DNA of 64,000 nt from Guillardia theta CCMP2712 (lineage: Eukaryota > Protista > Cryptophyta). Made by a program: the position numbers and the translations under genes. The notes beneath the pieces were generated by a model. It saw nothing but the letters and a program-made list of their open reading frames with translations. It made no database searches and was not told the DNA's origin. Shown piece by piece: positions 24,190 through 36,689 of this stretch (within the stretch, counting starts at the first letter, position 1; the number at the start of each line of letters is the position of its first letter). Location of the stretch: positions 1-64,000 of the forward strand of contig NW_005434588.1 in NCBI RefSeq assembly GCF_000315625.1. Reading direction: 5' to 3'.

Positions 24190-25440
24190 TATTGCGTCAT
24201 CCTGCTCAAAAGGGTTTGAGTTCCCTGCAAGATTCAAACCAGATGAATGAAATCTTTGACGGAAGGCAGGGAGATTTCAGAAAATTGTACAACTGGATCG
24301 AGTCTACCAACCTCGAGAGGATCACAATGGAAGCCGGATCCCAGTCTGGCGCTGTGGATTTCCAGATCTTCATCGGGCTGAAGTGTTTGCAAAGGACGGA
24401 ACCAAGAGTGACGTTGAGCTGAGACAAGTGGCTCTCGTTGTGATGAGGTTGGCCTGTGTTATGTTTGCGTCCCGTGTGCCTCCGTCTTTTGCACTTTGGT
24501 TGCTCCGTCCATTTGCCCAGCGAAAAGGGTTCATCGTATCCTTTGTGCGATACACCAACGGGAGCATAAACCTCATCCTAAAGGGCTGCTTGTACTTCTT
24601 ACTGTATCTTCACAAGGAGAAACGGCAACCCAATTAATTGTTGAGATCTGACGTATTTCCCATTTATTTGTGAGACCTAAACCCTAAACCCTCATCATCA
24701 ACGGAGGTCGTGCAAGCAACGTTCATGTCAAACATCAAAGCAAATCATGCTGAAATTGTTCTTGAGCAGAAGGGGTTTAGGATTTAGTCATCATCAAGTC
24801 GACGGCGGCATCGGGTCGCTTCACGAGGAAGGAGATGGAGGGGCTGTGCAAAGGCGGCAACACGTCCATCGCAAGAGTCAAGAGAGTCTTGTTGGAGATC
24901 GCAATCAGACTCGAGAAAGTCGAAGGGATCGACATGGAGGAGGACTCGAATACCAAGTCATGGAACGGGTCCAAGCTATGCATCTTCCTTGGCTCCACGG
25001 AGGATGTTCGACGTATGATGAAGAAGCTGCCCTTCTTTCTCGAAGGAGCAGCAACCAAGCTCGAAGCAGTCGGCTTCGACATAGAGCGGCCTGAGGCAGC
25101 TGGTCAGCGGGGCACCAGCGACGCAGCGCAGCGACAGGAGGAGAGCGAGGGAGATTGGCTGGAGTTTACAGACCTGGAGAGGATCACAATGGAGGCAGCA
25201 TCTCCGTCAAGCCAAGAGGACATGCAGCTCGTCAGCGAGCTCTCAGCAGTACCCCAGAGGAGCAGGGAGTGAGACGCAATGTTCTCAAGGAGAGCGCTGG
25301 ACTCGCGTGCAAGGAGACAGCAAGAAGGCAAGCGCTGAAGGTGGACAAGAAGGACCGACTTCTTGCAGGATATAAGCATTTCATCTTGCAGGATATAAGC
25401 ATTTTAGTACCTACATGCTTGTCCCTGGCTACTCTTACCC
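24190..25440 (+). pseudogene. Two related gene fragments sharing W(I/L)E.T.LERITMEA.S.S
   Basis: ORFs 24057-24422 and 24835-25272 share the motif; both are broken by stops. Confidence 0.4.
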
Positions 25441-25997
25441 GATCAAACAACAGGCGAACATGCCTTCATACAAGTTGCCAACCAGCCGATTTCGGCAAAT
25501 CTGTTGCATGAAACTTTTGGGGATGATGCATGATCGCTCAAGCAGATAGAGAATTTGAGGGAGGAGAAGTTTGATGAGGGAGGAGAAGTGGAGGAGGGAG
25601 AAGTGGAGGGAGGAGAAGTGGAGGGAGGAGAAGTGGGAGGGAGTAGAAGTCTGAGGAACGAGAGAGACTGGGACAGGAACGACGGCAGAATTTTCCAACT
25701 TCGAGAGTTTGACAAGGGGGCCGAAAGGCCCCAAGGGAACGGCCAGCCGAAACAGAAATAGAAGGTAGAGAGACAAAATGAAAAAGAATGGAGAGTGACG
25801 GGCGGGATGACAGGGTGACAGTGGGGGGGGATTTGAGCCAGTCATGGCGTCAAAGCAGTACTCTGGCATAACTGATGGATCATGAAATCTTAAGTTAGAG
25901 CACACGATTTACTTTCACTCCTCACAAACAATTAAGTTTCTACCTTGGAATGCGCAAATATCAAACATTTTCCTTGTTCCTCATTCCCATGACACAT

Positions 25998-27912
25998 TCA
26001 ATCTGTGTGTGCTTGTATAGCTTCCGACAAAAACGAGATGAAGCTGTAGGTGTGCTTTACATGAACTCCGTCGAGTAGCTCAGACACTTCATCGAGCATG
26101 TCTTCATCAAGGTCATCCAATGTCATGCAATCTCTCAACTCCCAATCAGTTTTAAATGCACTTCCTTCGAGAATAACTGATTCTACAAATTGGACCAGGC
26201 ATTGGCGTAGTGCAGCCAGTGTTTCAGTATTTGAATCCGACAACATCTCTTTGAGCTCGTGCGAATTTTTCATTTCACATCTAAAAAGTTGCGGCAATTC
26301 TTCAAAGGAACATCTCCTCGAAGTTTCAAAGAAGTTCCGAAGAGCAATGAGATGCTTCAGTTTGAGAAACTTTTCACCATTGCTTGATTCACAACACAAA
26401 AACTTCATGAGCTGAGGCCACTCCTCAAAATTTTCGTAGAGAGAGATAGTTTTTGCAAAATCAAAGATCGTGATCACTGTAGAAGAATTTCCGAACTTCT
26501 TTACGCTCGAAATGAGAATCTCAATCACCTTTTTCATTTCTTGTACTTGCTCAAACTCTTTTGTTGCATTTTCTTCGATCCACAATTGAATTTTCTTCTT
26601 GATATACATTGGGAGATCTTAGATAGATTCAAAGTGTAATCGCTTTCCTCGCAATACTTCGGCCAACCTTCGATGTCAATTAGTGGGATCTCCTTTGAAA
26701 CTAGCCATTCTGATAACAAAAATTTAATCCATTGAGGAGATCGGAATTTCGAATTCGCAAGGGCAATATCAAGAAATTGTTCCATTTCGTCCCAAGGAAT
26801 AAGAATCTTGTCTATGTTGGTGGTTTTTTGTAATTTTTCAGAAGAAATGCTTTCACGATTCGTTTGCAACATCCGAGCACAATTGTTATGCCATTCTGCA
26901 AGGGAGCGGAATATGGTCTCAGTTCGAGAAATTTCACCTCCTGCATTGCTCTGCATCCATGGAAGAATTTCAGAAATTCTTCCATTTCCCCTCTTGTGAA
27001 TTCTCGTCGTGTGAGCGGGAGAGCTTTTTCATCAAGGATAGCTCGAGATTCCTTTCCTTCGTCAGCATCTTGAATCTTAACCAGTCCTCGAAAGATCACG
27101 GGAAACTTCTGGTACTTGTGTAAGGTTGAAGAATCGTTTTTCCGATCTGCAAAATATTTTAACAAACTTGTGACCAATTCTGAAGAATCTGGCTGAAATT
27201 CCATTTCTGTTATCAATTGGAAGGTTTTCAATTTTTCAGTATCATCGTGGGAACGAAGAGACAATATCTGTGGAGCAAAAGTCTCAGTCGCGATGACGTT
27301 GTCTAACTTTGCAATGGAGCTTTCTCTGTACTTTTGAAATGAGTCTTTGATCTGGTTGTTTTCTAAATTCGTTTGAACTTCAGTCAAGAACGAATAAATT
27401 TTGTCTTGGACTGTCTCTCCACCAGCAGTATTCAAGATTTCATCAACAGTCTTCATGAATGAATCTTCGCATTCTTTGCGGCACTTTGCTGTATGTAAGT
27501 CTCGTTCTGCCATTGCAAGGGTCTCAAACTGCTGTAAATTCGCTTTCTGAAGAAAACCGAACAAGAATTGTTGTGCTTCAATGTCGGATTCGAATCCGAA
27601 TACATCTCGGAAGCTCTTCCAGTGCTTTTTAAGTTGTTCGATTCGTTGAGAGGTATTCGGACTGTCAGAGAGCAAAGGGAACAAAACCAGGACACACAAA
27701 AGTCGATAATGATAATTCTTCAATCCTCGCTCTGCATGACTCCACCCTGGAGTGTACCATTCTAAGGGAATTCCTTTCAATGGTTGTGCAATTTGATCAA
27801 AAAGAAATTCCTGTTCTTGAACATTATCTGCATCATTTGGCAAGAACACGTTTTCAGCGTTCATTCTGTGGTGACCTAATCCTCCGATGCTCTGTCCACA
27901 TTCAATACATGC
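25998..27912 (-). pseudogene. C-terminal part of an RNF213/ZNFX1-like protein starting within an RZ-type zinc finger; frame-disrupted
   Basis: CIECGQSIGGLGHH matches the RZ-finger tail CxxCxxxIGGxxH. About 600 aa of helical sequence follows in three consecutive frames; the 5' part is missing. Confidence 0.6.
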
Positions 27913-27959
27913 TAGGAAGAACGAAGAAACGACGATCCTCTTCTTCTGCAAACAGTGTC

Positions 27960-29187
27960 AATCATTCACCTCCGTCCAACCACCGGAATTCAACTCTCCC
28001 GCGAACATTGATCAACACCCGACCAGGGAAATAGAAATTGCTTTTCCCCTGGAGCCAGGAGAAATTCAGATTTGGATTCAAAAAGTATCAAATCGCAAGG
28101 CAGCAGGCATGGATTTGATCTCAAACGAGATCCTGAAAGCTTTACCTGACAGCGCAAAGGAGGAGATAGGAAAAGTGATCAGTAGAGCGTTGACAGGAGA
28201 CAAAACGTTGTTGAACATGCTAGCACGAGTCAGACTCCTTCCAAAAAACGAGCTCTGTCATGTTCTGGAAAATATGCGTCCTATATGTATCCTCTCGTCG
28301 GTGACGCGAATCTTCCAAGCGGTGATAGCACACAGACTGGCAAAAGCAGCTGAGAGGCACAAGTAGTTAACAGATAACCAAGAGGGTTTCCGACCCGAGG
28401 GCGGGACGATCCGTCAAGGTCATAGACTACTTAACATCATCGAGGAGGCCCAGAGTAGTCAAAACAACATTATACTGTTATACCTCGACTTTGCCAACTT
28501 CTTCAATAACGTCGCGGTTGAATCCATCGCAAAAATCATGGAGGTATATGGATTCCACCAGCGCGATGTCGACGTCGCAGTCAGTCCAGACTGAGAGGTT
28601 TGATACAGCAGCAATCCCGCTCCTCCGGGGATTACCTCAAGGCAGCCCCGCGAGTCCACCAAAGACAAACCTCCTTCTCAGCATTTTGTCAAGACAACTT
28701 GATTACAAACAGGACAAGAACGCACCCCAACACCCAAACAACTTGTCATTCGCAGATAATCTGGTTCTGATAGCACACTCGGTGAAAGAAATGAAGCAAC
28801 TTGTCCAAGTGGTAGAACGATTCTGTAGATGGAGCGGATTAGAACTGAACACGAAGAAGTCAGAAATCACCAGCTTTGACTATCGGCTGAAGCGAGAGGT
28901 CCTGGGAACTGAAAACATCAGGAGAACAGGGGGAAGAGCGCAAATATGCCGCGAGTGCCCCCACACTTGGGGAGAGAAAGAACACATCTTTGAAAAAACG
29001 AAGGAACTCACCAATCTGATTGAGTCCTCCGCATACTCGGCAGCACAGAAGCATTACTTAGTGAAAGTAGGCATAGTCAACATCTTCAGATACTCGGCTG
29101 TACTGGTCAGCTGGTCTTGGAAGGATCTACAAACCTTAGATAACCTCTGAACCAGAGCATTCAAACGAGCTATGGGACTCAGCAGGA
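27960..29187 (+). mobile_element. Degenerate non-LTR (LINE) retrotransposon reverse transcriptase fragment
   Basis: KAAGMDLISNEILK, LLPK...NMRPICILS, NQEGFR, LYLDFANFFN, GLPQGSPASP, SFADN (catalytic YADD decayed), GLELNTKKS; internal stops and frameshift; truncated at 29187. Confidence 0.88.
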
Positions 29188-31481
29188 GAAGATTGTTAAC
29201 ACTGAGATTCACATCCGTGAGCGACTGGAGCTCGGAGATCCATCGCTCCAACAAGATGAGCCTGTTGTTGTCTACATGCAGAGTTTGCAAACTAGTCAGA
29301 GATGTCATGGTCTCCGGCAACTTGAGCAGCAGGTTGTGAGACAAGAAGAGGTGTCGCAGCTCTCTGCTCTTCAAGACGAGGGCAGGGAGATCTGTCAAGG
29401 ACCGTCTCTCCATGTGCATCTCAACTTGCGACCGAATGAAGGAGACGAGACCTTGATGATCATCTTCGAACGCTCTCAGCTCAGCGTTGTCCTTGAACAA
29501 CGGGTTTCCCTGCAGCAGCACCTTGTCCAGCTGCATGCCCCCCAGGCTGAGGAAATCTTTCGCCTCACAGATGAGGTTGTAAGAGAGGTCTAGTTCTTTG
29601 AGGCGATGCAGGTGCAAGACTTCCTGCGGGAGAGAGAGAAGCTTGTTCCCTTTGAGATTCAACACCTCCAGGCCCTCAAACATGCATGTCCCTGCGAGAC
29701 CCGGCACAGATAGCTCCGCGATCTCGTTCATCTTCGCTTCCAACGACGTGAGAGAAGAAAGCTGGTGCAGTCCGTTATCAGGCAACCCAAGATGTCGCAG
29801 ACAGTTATAGCTGATGTCAAAAGAGCGCAAGCTTGTCAGCCGACTGAGATTTGCTGGGAGCACATCAATCAGGTTATTGTTGACAACCATGGTCTGCAGA
29901 GAGACGAGCGAGCTGAAAGTCGCGGGAAGGCAGTTAAGCTCATTGTTTGACGCTGAGAGCCTGAGCAAGGAGGTCCAGTCCTGCATGCAGGGCAGTGCCT
30001 TCAGCTGATTGTTGTCGAGCGATAGAGACCGTAGCGACGTCAGCAAAGCCAAGTCCTCGGGCAGAGCCTTGAGCCGGTTGCTGCTCAAGTCCAGCACCGT
30101 CAAGGCTGTCAGGCCACAACAGCTCCCAGCGTCGAGGCTCTGAAGATCTGCGAGCAGACAGGAGGGTGAGACGAGCGCGAGGAAGGGGAGGAGGAGGAGG
30201 AGAACCATTGGCAGAGAGCCGGAGCTCTTGCAGGCAAGTGAAGTCCGTCAAAGCTCTCGGAACCTTCTCGATTCTATTTCCTTCGAGGGAGAGGAAGCGT
30301 AGGGGCACCTCTCTTCCTATCCGGCTGAAAGCATCGCAATCCTGACTGACGTCAAGCCCTTTGAAAGAAGAAGAATCGTATGACCAGATCACGTATGCTG
30401 TTGTATCCTAGCCAGAGCTCTGTGAGGGAGGTCAGAGAAGGGAGCTGGTGCGGTAGTTCAGCAAGATCGTTGCTTTCGAGGAAGAGCCGCTTGATGCTCG
30501 TGACTTTGAGCACAGCGGGAGGAAGAGCACTGACTGGACGTAAGGAGAAGCAGTGCGACTCATCGCATGTGGCTGACCTCAGGCGACTTCTGTTCCAGTT
30601 CTCAATGCACGGCCCCTGATAACACATTCTCCGCAAGACGTCCGGTCCACAATAGCGACCTTCCTCCATCTGAAGGCTACGGTGAGAGAGAGTTGGGAAC
30701 GACAAGAAAAGAGAGGGGCTCAACCATTCTCCTCTTCTCTTCGCTTTCCCTCTCCTCTCTGTGACGATCAATCGAGACTTGTATCCATCGTCTACATTCT
30801 CGCAAGCTCTGAAGGCATCCACCATCATGACAGTGACGGTGTGCGGAGGAGTTATCCTGAGGGTTATGGGGGCACATGACATAGAGAAAGCCCTGCACAC
30901 GACAGCTCTCACTCTCACAACAATTTGAAACAGTAAACCTCGAGTGAAGAGATTTGCATTCTTGACTTGCATAGATCGTTTTCGTCCTCTTTGAACATCA
31001 CCTTCTCACATTATCTGTGAATCCTCCAAGATACTCATGGAAAATCTTTTGTGCACAGGTCTCACCATTGCACTTCTTGCTTCTGCCCCATTCGCTTCCC
31101 ACAACTTAACTACCTCTGCAGTATCTGCATGCCTGATAACCGGCACGATTACTTCTGAGCAAGAGCAGAAGGTGATCTTTCTCACTCTGACGAACAAACA
31201 AGTATCTTGTTATCCTCCCAACTCATCTGTCAAGAATCTTGTAAGGATTCATGCAAGCGATAGCTTCCCCTCGTCACCTCCAGCAACACTCGAATGTATG
31301 TGCTGGATCCGGGTCGTTTCAACCAGGTCCAGCATCTGTATGTTTGTTTCCCTACCATCTTACAGCAGAATGTCAGACCATCACTCCACTAGTCTCTCTC
31401 CTTCGCGGCTCATCGCACCGAGTGGCTTCGAACCCCGGACATGGCGAGCCTTCGACTGCGCTCCTCCTTCGCTTCCTCCAT
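29188..31481 (-). pseudogene. Second, 3'-truncated copy of the LRR gene (right arm of the inverted duplication, arm 29188-31503)
   Basis: Identical to copy 1 up to VNLSVNNL, then runs into antisense LINE sequence. Confidence 0.85.
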
Positions 31482-31571
31482 GCCCGACCCCGTCCCTGGC
31501 AACCGTGAACTAAAAGCAAGTCTCTCAACCGTGCTACGAAAACAAGCCCGCCTCAGAGAGTGTTTGCAAGC

Positions 31572-32113
31572 GATCGAGCCTATCGAGCTGCTATCGAGCT
31601 GCTATCGAGCTGCTATCGAGCCTCTTTCGAGCCTCTATCGAGCCTCTATCGAGCCTCTATCGAGCCTATCGAGCTGCTATCGAGCTGCTATCGAGCTGCT
31701 ATCGAGCTGCTATCGAGCTGCTATCGAGCCTATCGAGCCTATCGAGCTGCTATCGAGCTGCTATCGAGCCTATCGAGCCTATCGAGCTGCTATCGAGCTG
31801 CTATCGAGCTGCTATCGAGCTGCTATCGAGCTGCTATCGAGCTGCTATCGAGCTGCTATCCGAGCTGCTATCGAGCCTCTATCGAGCTGCTATCGAGCCT
31901 ATCGAGCTGCTATCGAGCTGCTATCCGAGCTGCTATCGAGCCTCTATCGAGCTTCTATCGAGCCTATCGAGCTGCTATCGAGCTTCTATCGAGCCTCTAT
32001 CGAGCTGCTATCGAGCTGCTATCGAGCCTCTATCGAGCTGCTATCGAGCTGCTATCGAGCCTATCGAGCCTATCGAGCTGCTCGAGCATATCGAGCCTAT
32101 CGAGCCTATCTGA
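31572..32113. repeat. Minisatellite of interleaved 9- and 11-bp units ATCGAGCTGCT / ATCGAGCCT / ATCGAGCCTCT
   Basis: About 540 bp array, directly visible. Confidence 0.95.
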
Positions 32114-32278
32114 GCCCCGGGCCTGTTTGCCTTTCCTACGGTACTAATTTTTAACTTAACTTTGAGTCAGTGAGTAAAAGGTTTGATTATTATTTACCAG
32201 GAATCACCCCAGTTCCGAAATGTAACAAATAACAATCATGGACAATGATAACGTTCCTCAGTTCCAGTAGGGACCCCC

Positions 32279-32378
32279 NNNNNNNNNNNNNNNNNNNNNN
32301 NNNNNNNNNNNNNNNNNNNNNNNNNNNNNNNNNNNNNNNNNNNNNNNNNNNNNNNNNNNNNNNNNNNNNNNNNNNNNN
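32279..32378. other. Assembly gap (100 N) flanked by C-runs
   Basis: N run. Confidence 0.99.
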
Positions 32379-32970
32379 CCCCCCCCCCCCCCCCCTCACC
32401 AACCCCCCACCCCCTTAGCTGCCCTATCGTCAACTTCATGACCTCTGTGTGGGTAGGGGTATAGGTACAAACTTGGCATGGGATCACTGACTACCAGACT
32501 TGAATTTATTCTGATATTTTCTAAATTGATTTCAAATTTTGTCTGTGCCAAAGAATCATTCTAGCCTTCATTTGCAGCTTCATTTTTTTTTTTTAGATGA
32601 CACTTTTCAACCACTTGAACCGGAAAGGTTCCTCCTCCTCCTATCAATTTTGAATTTCATTGAAGCAAATAGATCAATTTTTTGAATATAGGCTCGCAAT
32701 CAAGTCAGGACCCCGTTCGGGAATTTTGTCTCTGTTGTGTTTCGGAAATGTCTGCGGAGTTGAAGGTGGGTGCAATGTCAGAAGGAGGGTAGGGTACTTG
32801 ATGGGAACACATGGGGGTAGGGATGTTTGGAGGGGAGGTGCTCGTCATGCGACCTAGGCGCAGATGCTACAAGGGGTCTGTCGGTGATGAGGGAGAGAAG
32901 AGAAGGAGGAGGAGACAAGGGATGATGGTACACGTGCTCGAGGCCTACTCATAATCTCTTAACTGTCTTG

Positions 32971-35900
32971 ATGGAGCGGGAAGACCAGGAGCACTCTCAC
33001 CACAGGAGTGAAACTGCTGTACTCGGACGTCTGGCAGCTAATGCTGCAGAGCTGTGGGCTGAAGATGCTTCTCATGAACCACAAAGCTCAAAGGTTCGCA
33101 AACGCAACTCCAGGCACAGCAGCTTATGGAGAGCAATAGGAAAATTGGACATCCAATCGGTTCGAAAGAACATCTTTGAATTGGAGAAACAATTCGGGAT
33201 GAACTTTTTGCATGGCGAAATAGCAGAAATTTTCGGACTGTACATGAACATCGCGGATCACAGCAATCTCATCTCCATTCAACAAGCCAAGAGCTTATTG
33301 GCAGAGATGAATTTTTTCAACAATCAATCAGAGGAGTTTGTGGATGGAATCATTCAAAGTTGCCTAACAAAGAAACAAATCATCTTTCAAATCCTTCAGG
33401 GCTCTCAAATTGAAATCCAGCATTGGTCTACAGGCGTGATGGCCGAGATACTTATTGGAAACTTCTCTTATCAAACACAACCAGCTGTAAACCATGACGG
33501 ATCGCCTATATGGAATGAATGCGTTTCTTTCTTTGTCGAAGAGAACCATGACGTCATGACGCTCAACCTCTCTTCATTGAAGCAGCGCATGGTTGGCGTC
33601 TCTAATGTACGATTGGGTTCTTTCAAGCTTGACTGCGCCAACGAGCGACACTCACGTTTTGCATGGAGAGCCATGTACAATGGTGAAGAGTGCGCCAGCG
33701 ATGAACAGCCTTGTGTTCTGACCTCGATCCACGCGTTTCAACCTATCAAGGAAAGAGGCAACGAGGTTCTCTTATGCTTTGAAGATCTCATACGAATCGT
33801 GTTTCATCTCAGGTATCTCTTGCTTGTATCCCTACCTTGCTCTCCCAGTAACAGAATATTTTTCAGGGCTCAGGGTGAACATTTCGAACGAATTATTCGG
33901 TCAAGTTTTCCAATCGACCCAGAGTCAAGCATGAAAATAGGATGGGATTTTCTAGTTATGATTCTCCTCATGTACACGTCCTTCTCAGTACCCTACACCC
34001 TTGCGTTCGATGACGGGCCAATGCAGAAGGATCACTATGGACCACTCGAGATTTGGGACCTCACTCTTGACGTCATATTCTGTCTGGACATAGCCATATC
34101 GTTCTGTACTTGTTACTTCGAAAATGGATTGTATGTCAGCAATCTGGGAAAGATATTCACCAACTATTTGAGAACATGGTTTTTCCTAGACTTGGTAGGA
34201 AGCGTGCCGTTTGACAAGATTATAGTAGCGGTTTCTTCCAGCCAGAGTACATCGGGAAGTTCTTTACGTGCACTCCGATTTATACGTCTCCTGAAAATTG
34301 TGCGAGCAATACGATTTGTCAAGAAACTTTCTCAAGTCGAAGAAAACGATACTTCCGGATACTTTCGAAACGTTATAAACATCTTCCGGGCAGTCTTTGT
34401 TGGCACATTTGCAACTCATTTCTTCGGTTGCATGTTTGTTTTGTTGATAGATCGAAGGGCAGAGAACAACTGGCTCTGGGTGTATGACCATGCCTTAATT
34501 TATGCTGACAACTTCAAACAGTATATTGCAGCGACCTACTGGGCTGTCTCTACGGTGATCCTGCAAGAAATTCTCTTTCCTGAATTGATTTTCTTTTTGA
34601 CAGGTCAACACGCTGGGTTACGGTGATGTTACTCCTTCAAATCACATTGAGAGAGTATACACTGTCTTTGTGATCATCATAGGTGCCGTGGGCTTTCAAT
34701 ACGCAAGTGGAAGTACAATCTTGGTAATTTTGCGGGTGAATAGTAGCGAATCTCGATTTCAAGAGATGGTCAGCACCCTGCTGGAGTATCTTGACTTCCG
34801 ATCTGCTCATGTATCCTTGAAGAGAAGGATAAATCGATACTTCGCAACTTGTTGGCGATGGAGTGGTGACCTCTACTCTGAAATCCCCATGATTCGAAGT
34901 CTTCCAAAGCAAATGCGATCCAGAATCTTTATGCAATTAGCAAATCTGGCGGAACAGAGGACTCCTCTCTTCAAAGGCTTCGATCATAACACGTTAGGCG
35001 AGTTGTGGACAAGAGTGCAGCTGCAAGATTTCATGCAAGATGAAGTTATCTATCATGCCGGAGAAGCTCTAAACCAGTTGTACTTTGTCTATGGAGGGAC
35101 TGTAGAGTTGCGCCTCACCATAGATATTGACTTGCATTCTGAATCGCAAACCTCAACTTTACGAAAGGTAACGTACATTTCGCCGGGCGAATGGTTTGGA
35201 CAAGAGAATCTCTTTCCTTCAGTACGTCGAACTTACTTTCACCAGGCACGAGCCACAGCCCCCACCACTTGCTACGTGGTGAAATACTCCACCTTAAAGG
35301 AGCTCAGGCCTTTGTTTCCTCAGCTTTATGACAAGCTGCATTCTTACTGCAGCGCCTATTACGCGATGCACCTTGCTCCCTACGATCAGCCAGACTCAGA
35401 CTTGCCTCCTCCGGCGCGTAACTTCAGCAAAATGGACCAGCTAATCGGCGAGCAGATGCAGGAACTGATTTCACGACATCAAGCGCTGTTCTCGGCGGCT
35501 CAGAATCCTAAACAGGTGGAGGCGAACATTCCTCAATTTGCTAAAGCATATTTCTCCTGGAGAGTCAAGAATAGTTTGACGTTGTTATCGAAATTTGACA
35601 GAGCAATTATCGTTGATACACGGAAGAGATGCGTCAAAGTTCTCCACGATGAGACGTCAAAGGGAGGGAAAAAACAATCTCATAGCACGGAAGTGCTTGA
35701 CGAGTTTTTGGTAGAAGATATCATCTTTGAGAGTGACCCCAAGTCATCGGACGCTAAGCTTCGATTCAGTCGGGAGAGCATCAAATATTGTTACGAGTTT
35801 GAATCGGTTGAGGACAAGCAAGCTTTCGGCGAGCTGCTCGTCCAACTCCTCAGCGCCAGAAAGTCCAACATGACCAAGGAGACGCCCAAGACCTTCACCG

Positions 35901-36616
35901 CCTGGATCCCCTTGAACGAGGCAGGAGCGGTCAGTCGAAACTTCATATACTCCAGGAACGTCACGTGGAACAGGGCGAGCGTTGGCTTCAGCCATGCTGG
36001 CGATCTGCTCTACTTTCTGCTGGACATCTCTGATCGATCTCAAGGACGTTTGACTTCACTCGGTTTCTTGACGTCCCTCCCCCAGCAGGATCCCGGGCAG
36101 TGTCAGCGTCAGATCCCCTCCCTCACTAATTTTGACTCCGGGGGTTGTGTGGTGACGATGAAGCTGGTGGGGGAGGCCTCAGGCTCGCAGGAAGGTTTCT
36201 TCCTTCCTCTGGGATTCGCTTCAGACGTGGAGGCGTCGGAGTTTGTTGATTGGATCAACGAGCATGGGATCATCGCGACGCGGCAAGGAGGGACAAAGAG
36301 AGCGCAAGCAAGAGTGAGAGAGTCGTCGCTGCTGCAGAGCATCTTGTCGCATCTCAACCTCCTTGAGTACCTCGACAACTTCACCAACGAGAACATCGAC
36401 GACAGTTCCCTCGAGCTCCTCACTCGCGACGATATCTTGCGCTTGCGCATCCCCTTCGGGAAGAGCCTCCTGATCTGGGAGGCGATCCAGTCGCTCTTCT
36501 CCTCTAAGAGGACGCGCGCCATGAAGGCTGAGGCTCAGGAGGAGATGAAGAAGCTGAGGAAGGAGGTCGCTTGGCTCCAGATGAGCTGCAGCAAGCGACA
36601 AGCTGTAGCCAAGTGA
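32971..36616 (+). CDS. Cyclic-nucleotide-binding-domain K+ channel (KCNH/HCN-like) with N-terminal C2-like and C-terminal SAM domains
   Basis: PIDPES...WD, YLRTWFFLDLVGSVPFD, S4 LRALRFIRLLKIVR, pore YWAVST-intron-VNTLGYGDVTP, CNBD (EVIYHAGE...LYFV..G...GEWFGQ...ARA), SAM LNLLEYLDNFTNENID...IPFG. Confidence 0.9.
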
Positions 36617-36689
36617 GGTTGTACTTTCACTATCGATGTCTTGTCCGTTATGTCTCTCATTCTATCAAGTGCTTCATTCCTAAACGTCC

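Noticed and set aside
31441-32154. 237-aa and 195-aa ORFs (IELLSSCYRAA repeats)
   Set aside because: Translation of a stop-free minisatellite; no evidence of coding
19585-36616. Functional linkage between the RelA/SpoT-like membrane protein and the CNBD channel
   Set aside because: About 9 kb apart across rearranged DNA and an assembly gap; proximity in a eukaryote is not evidence
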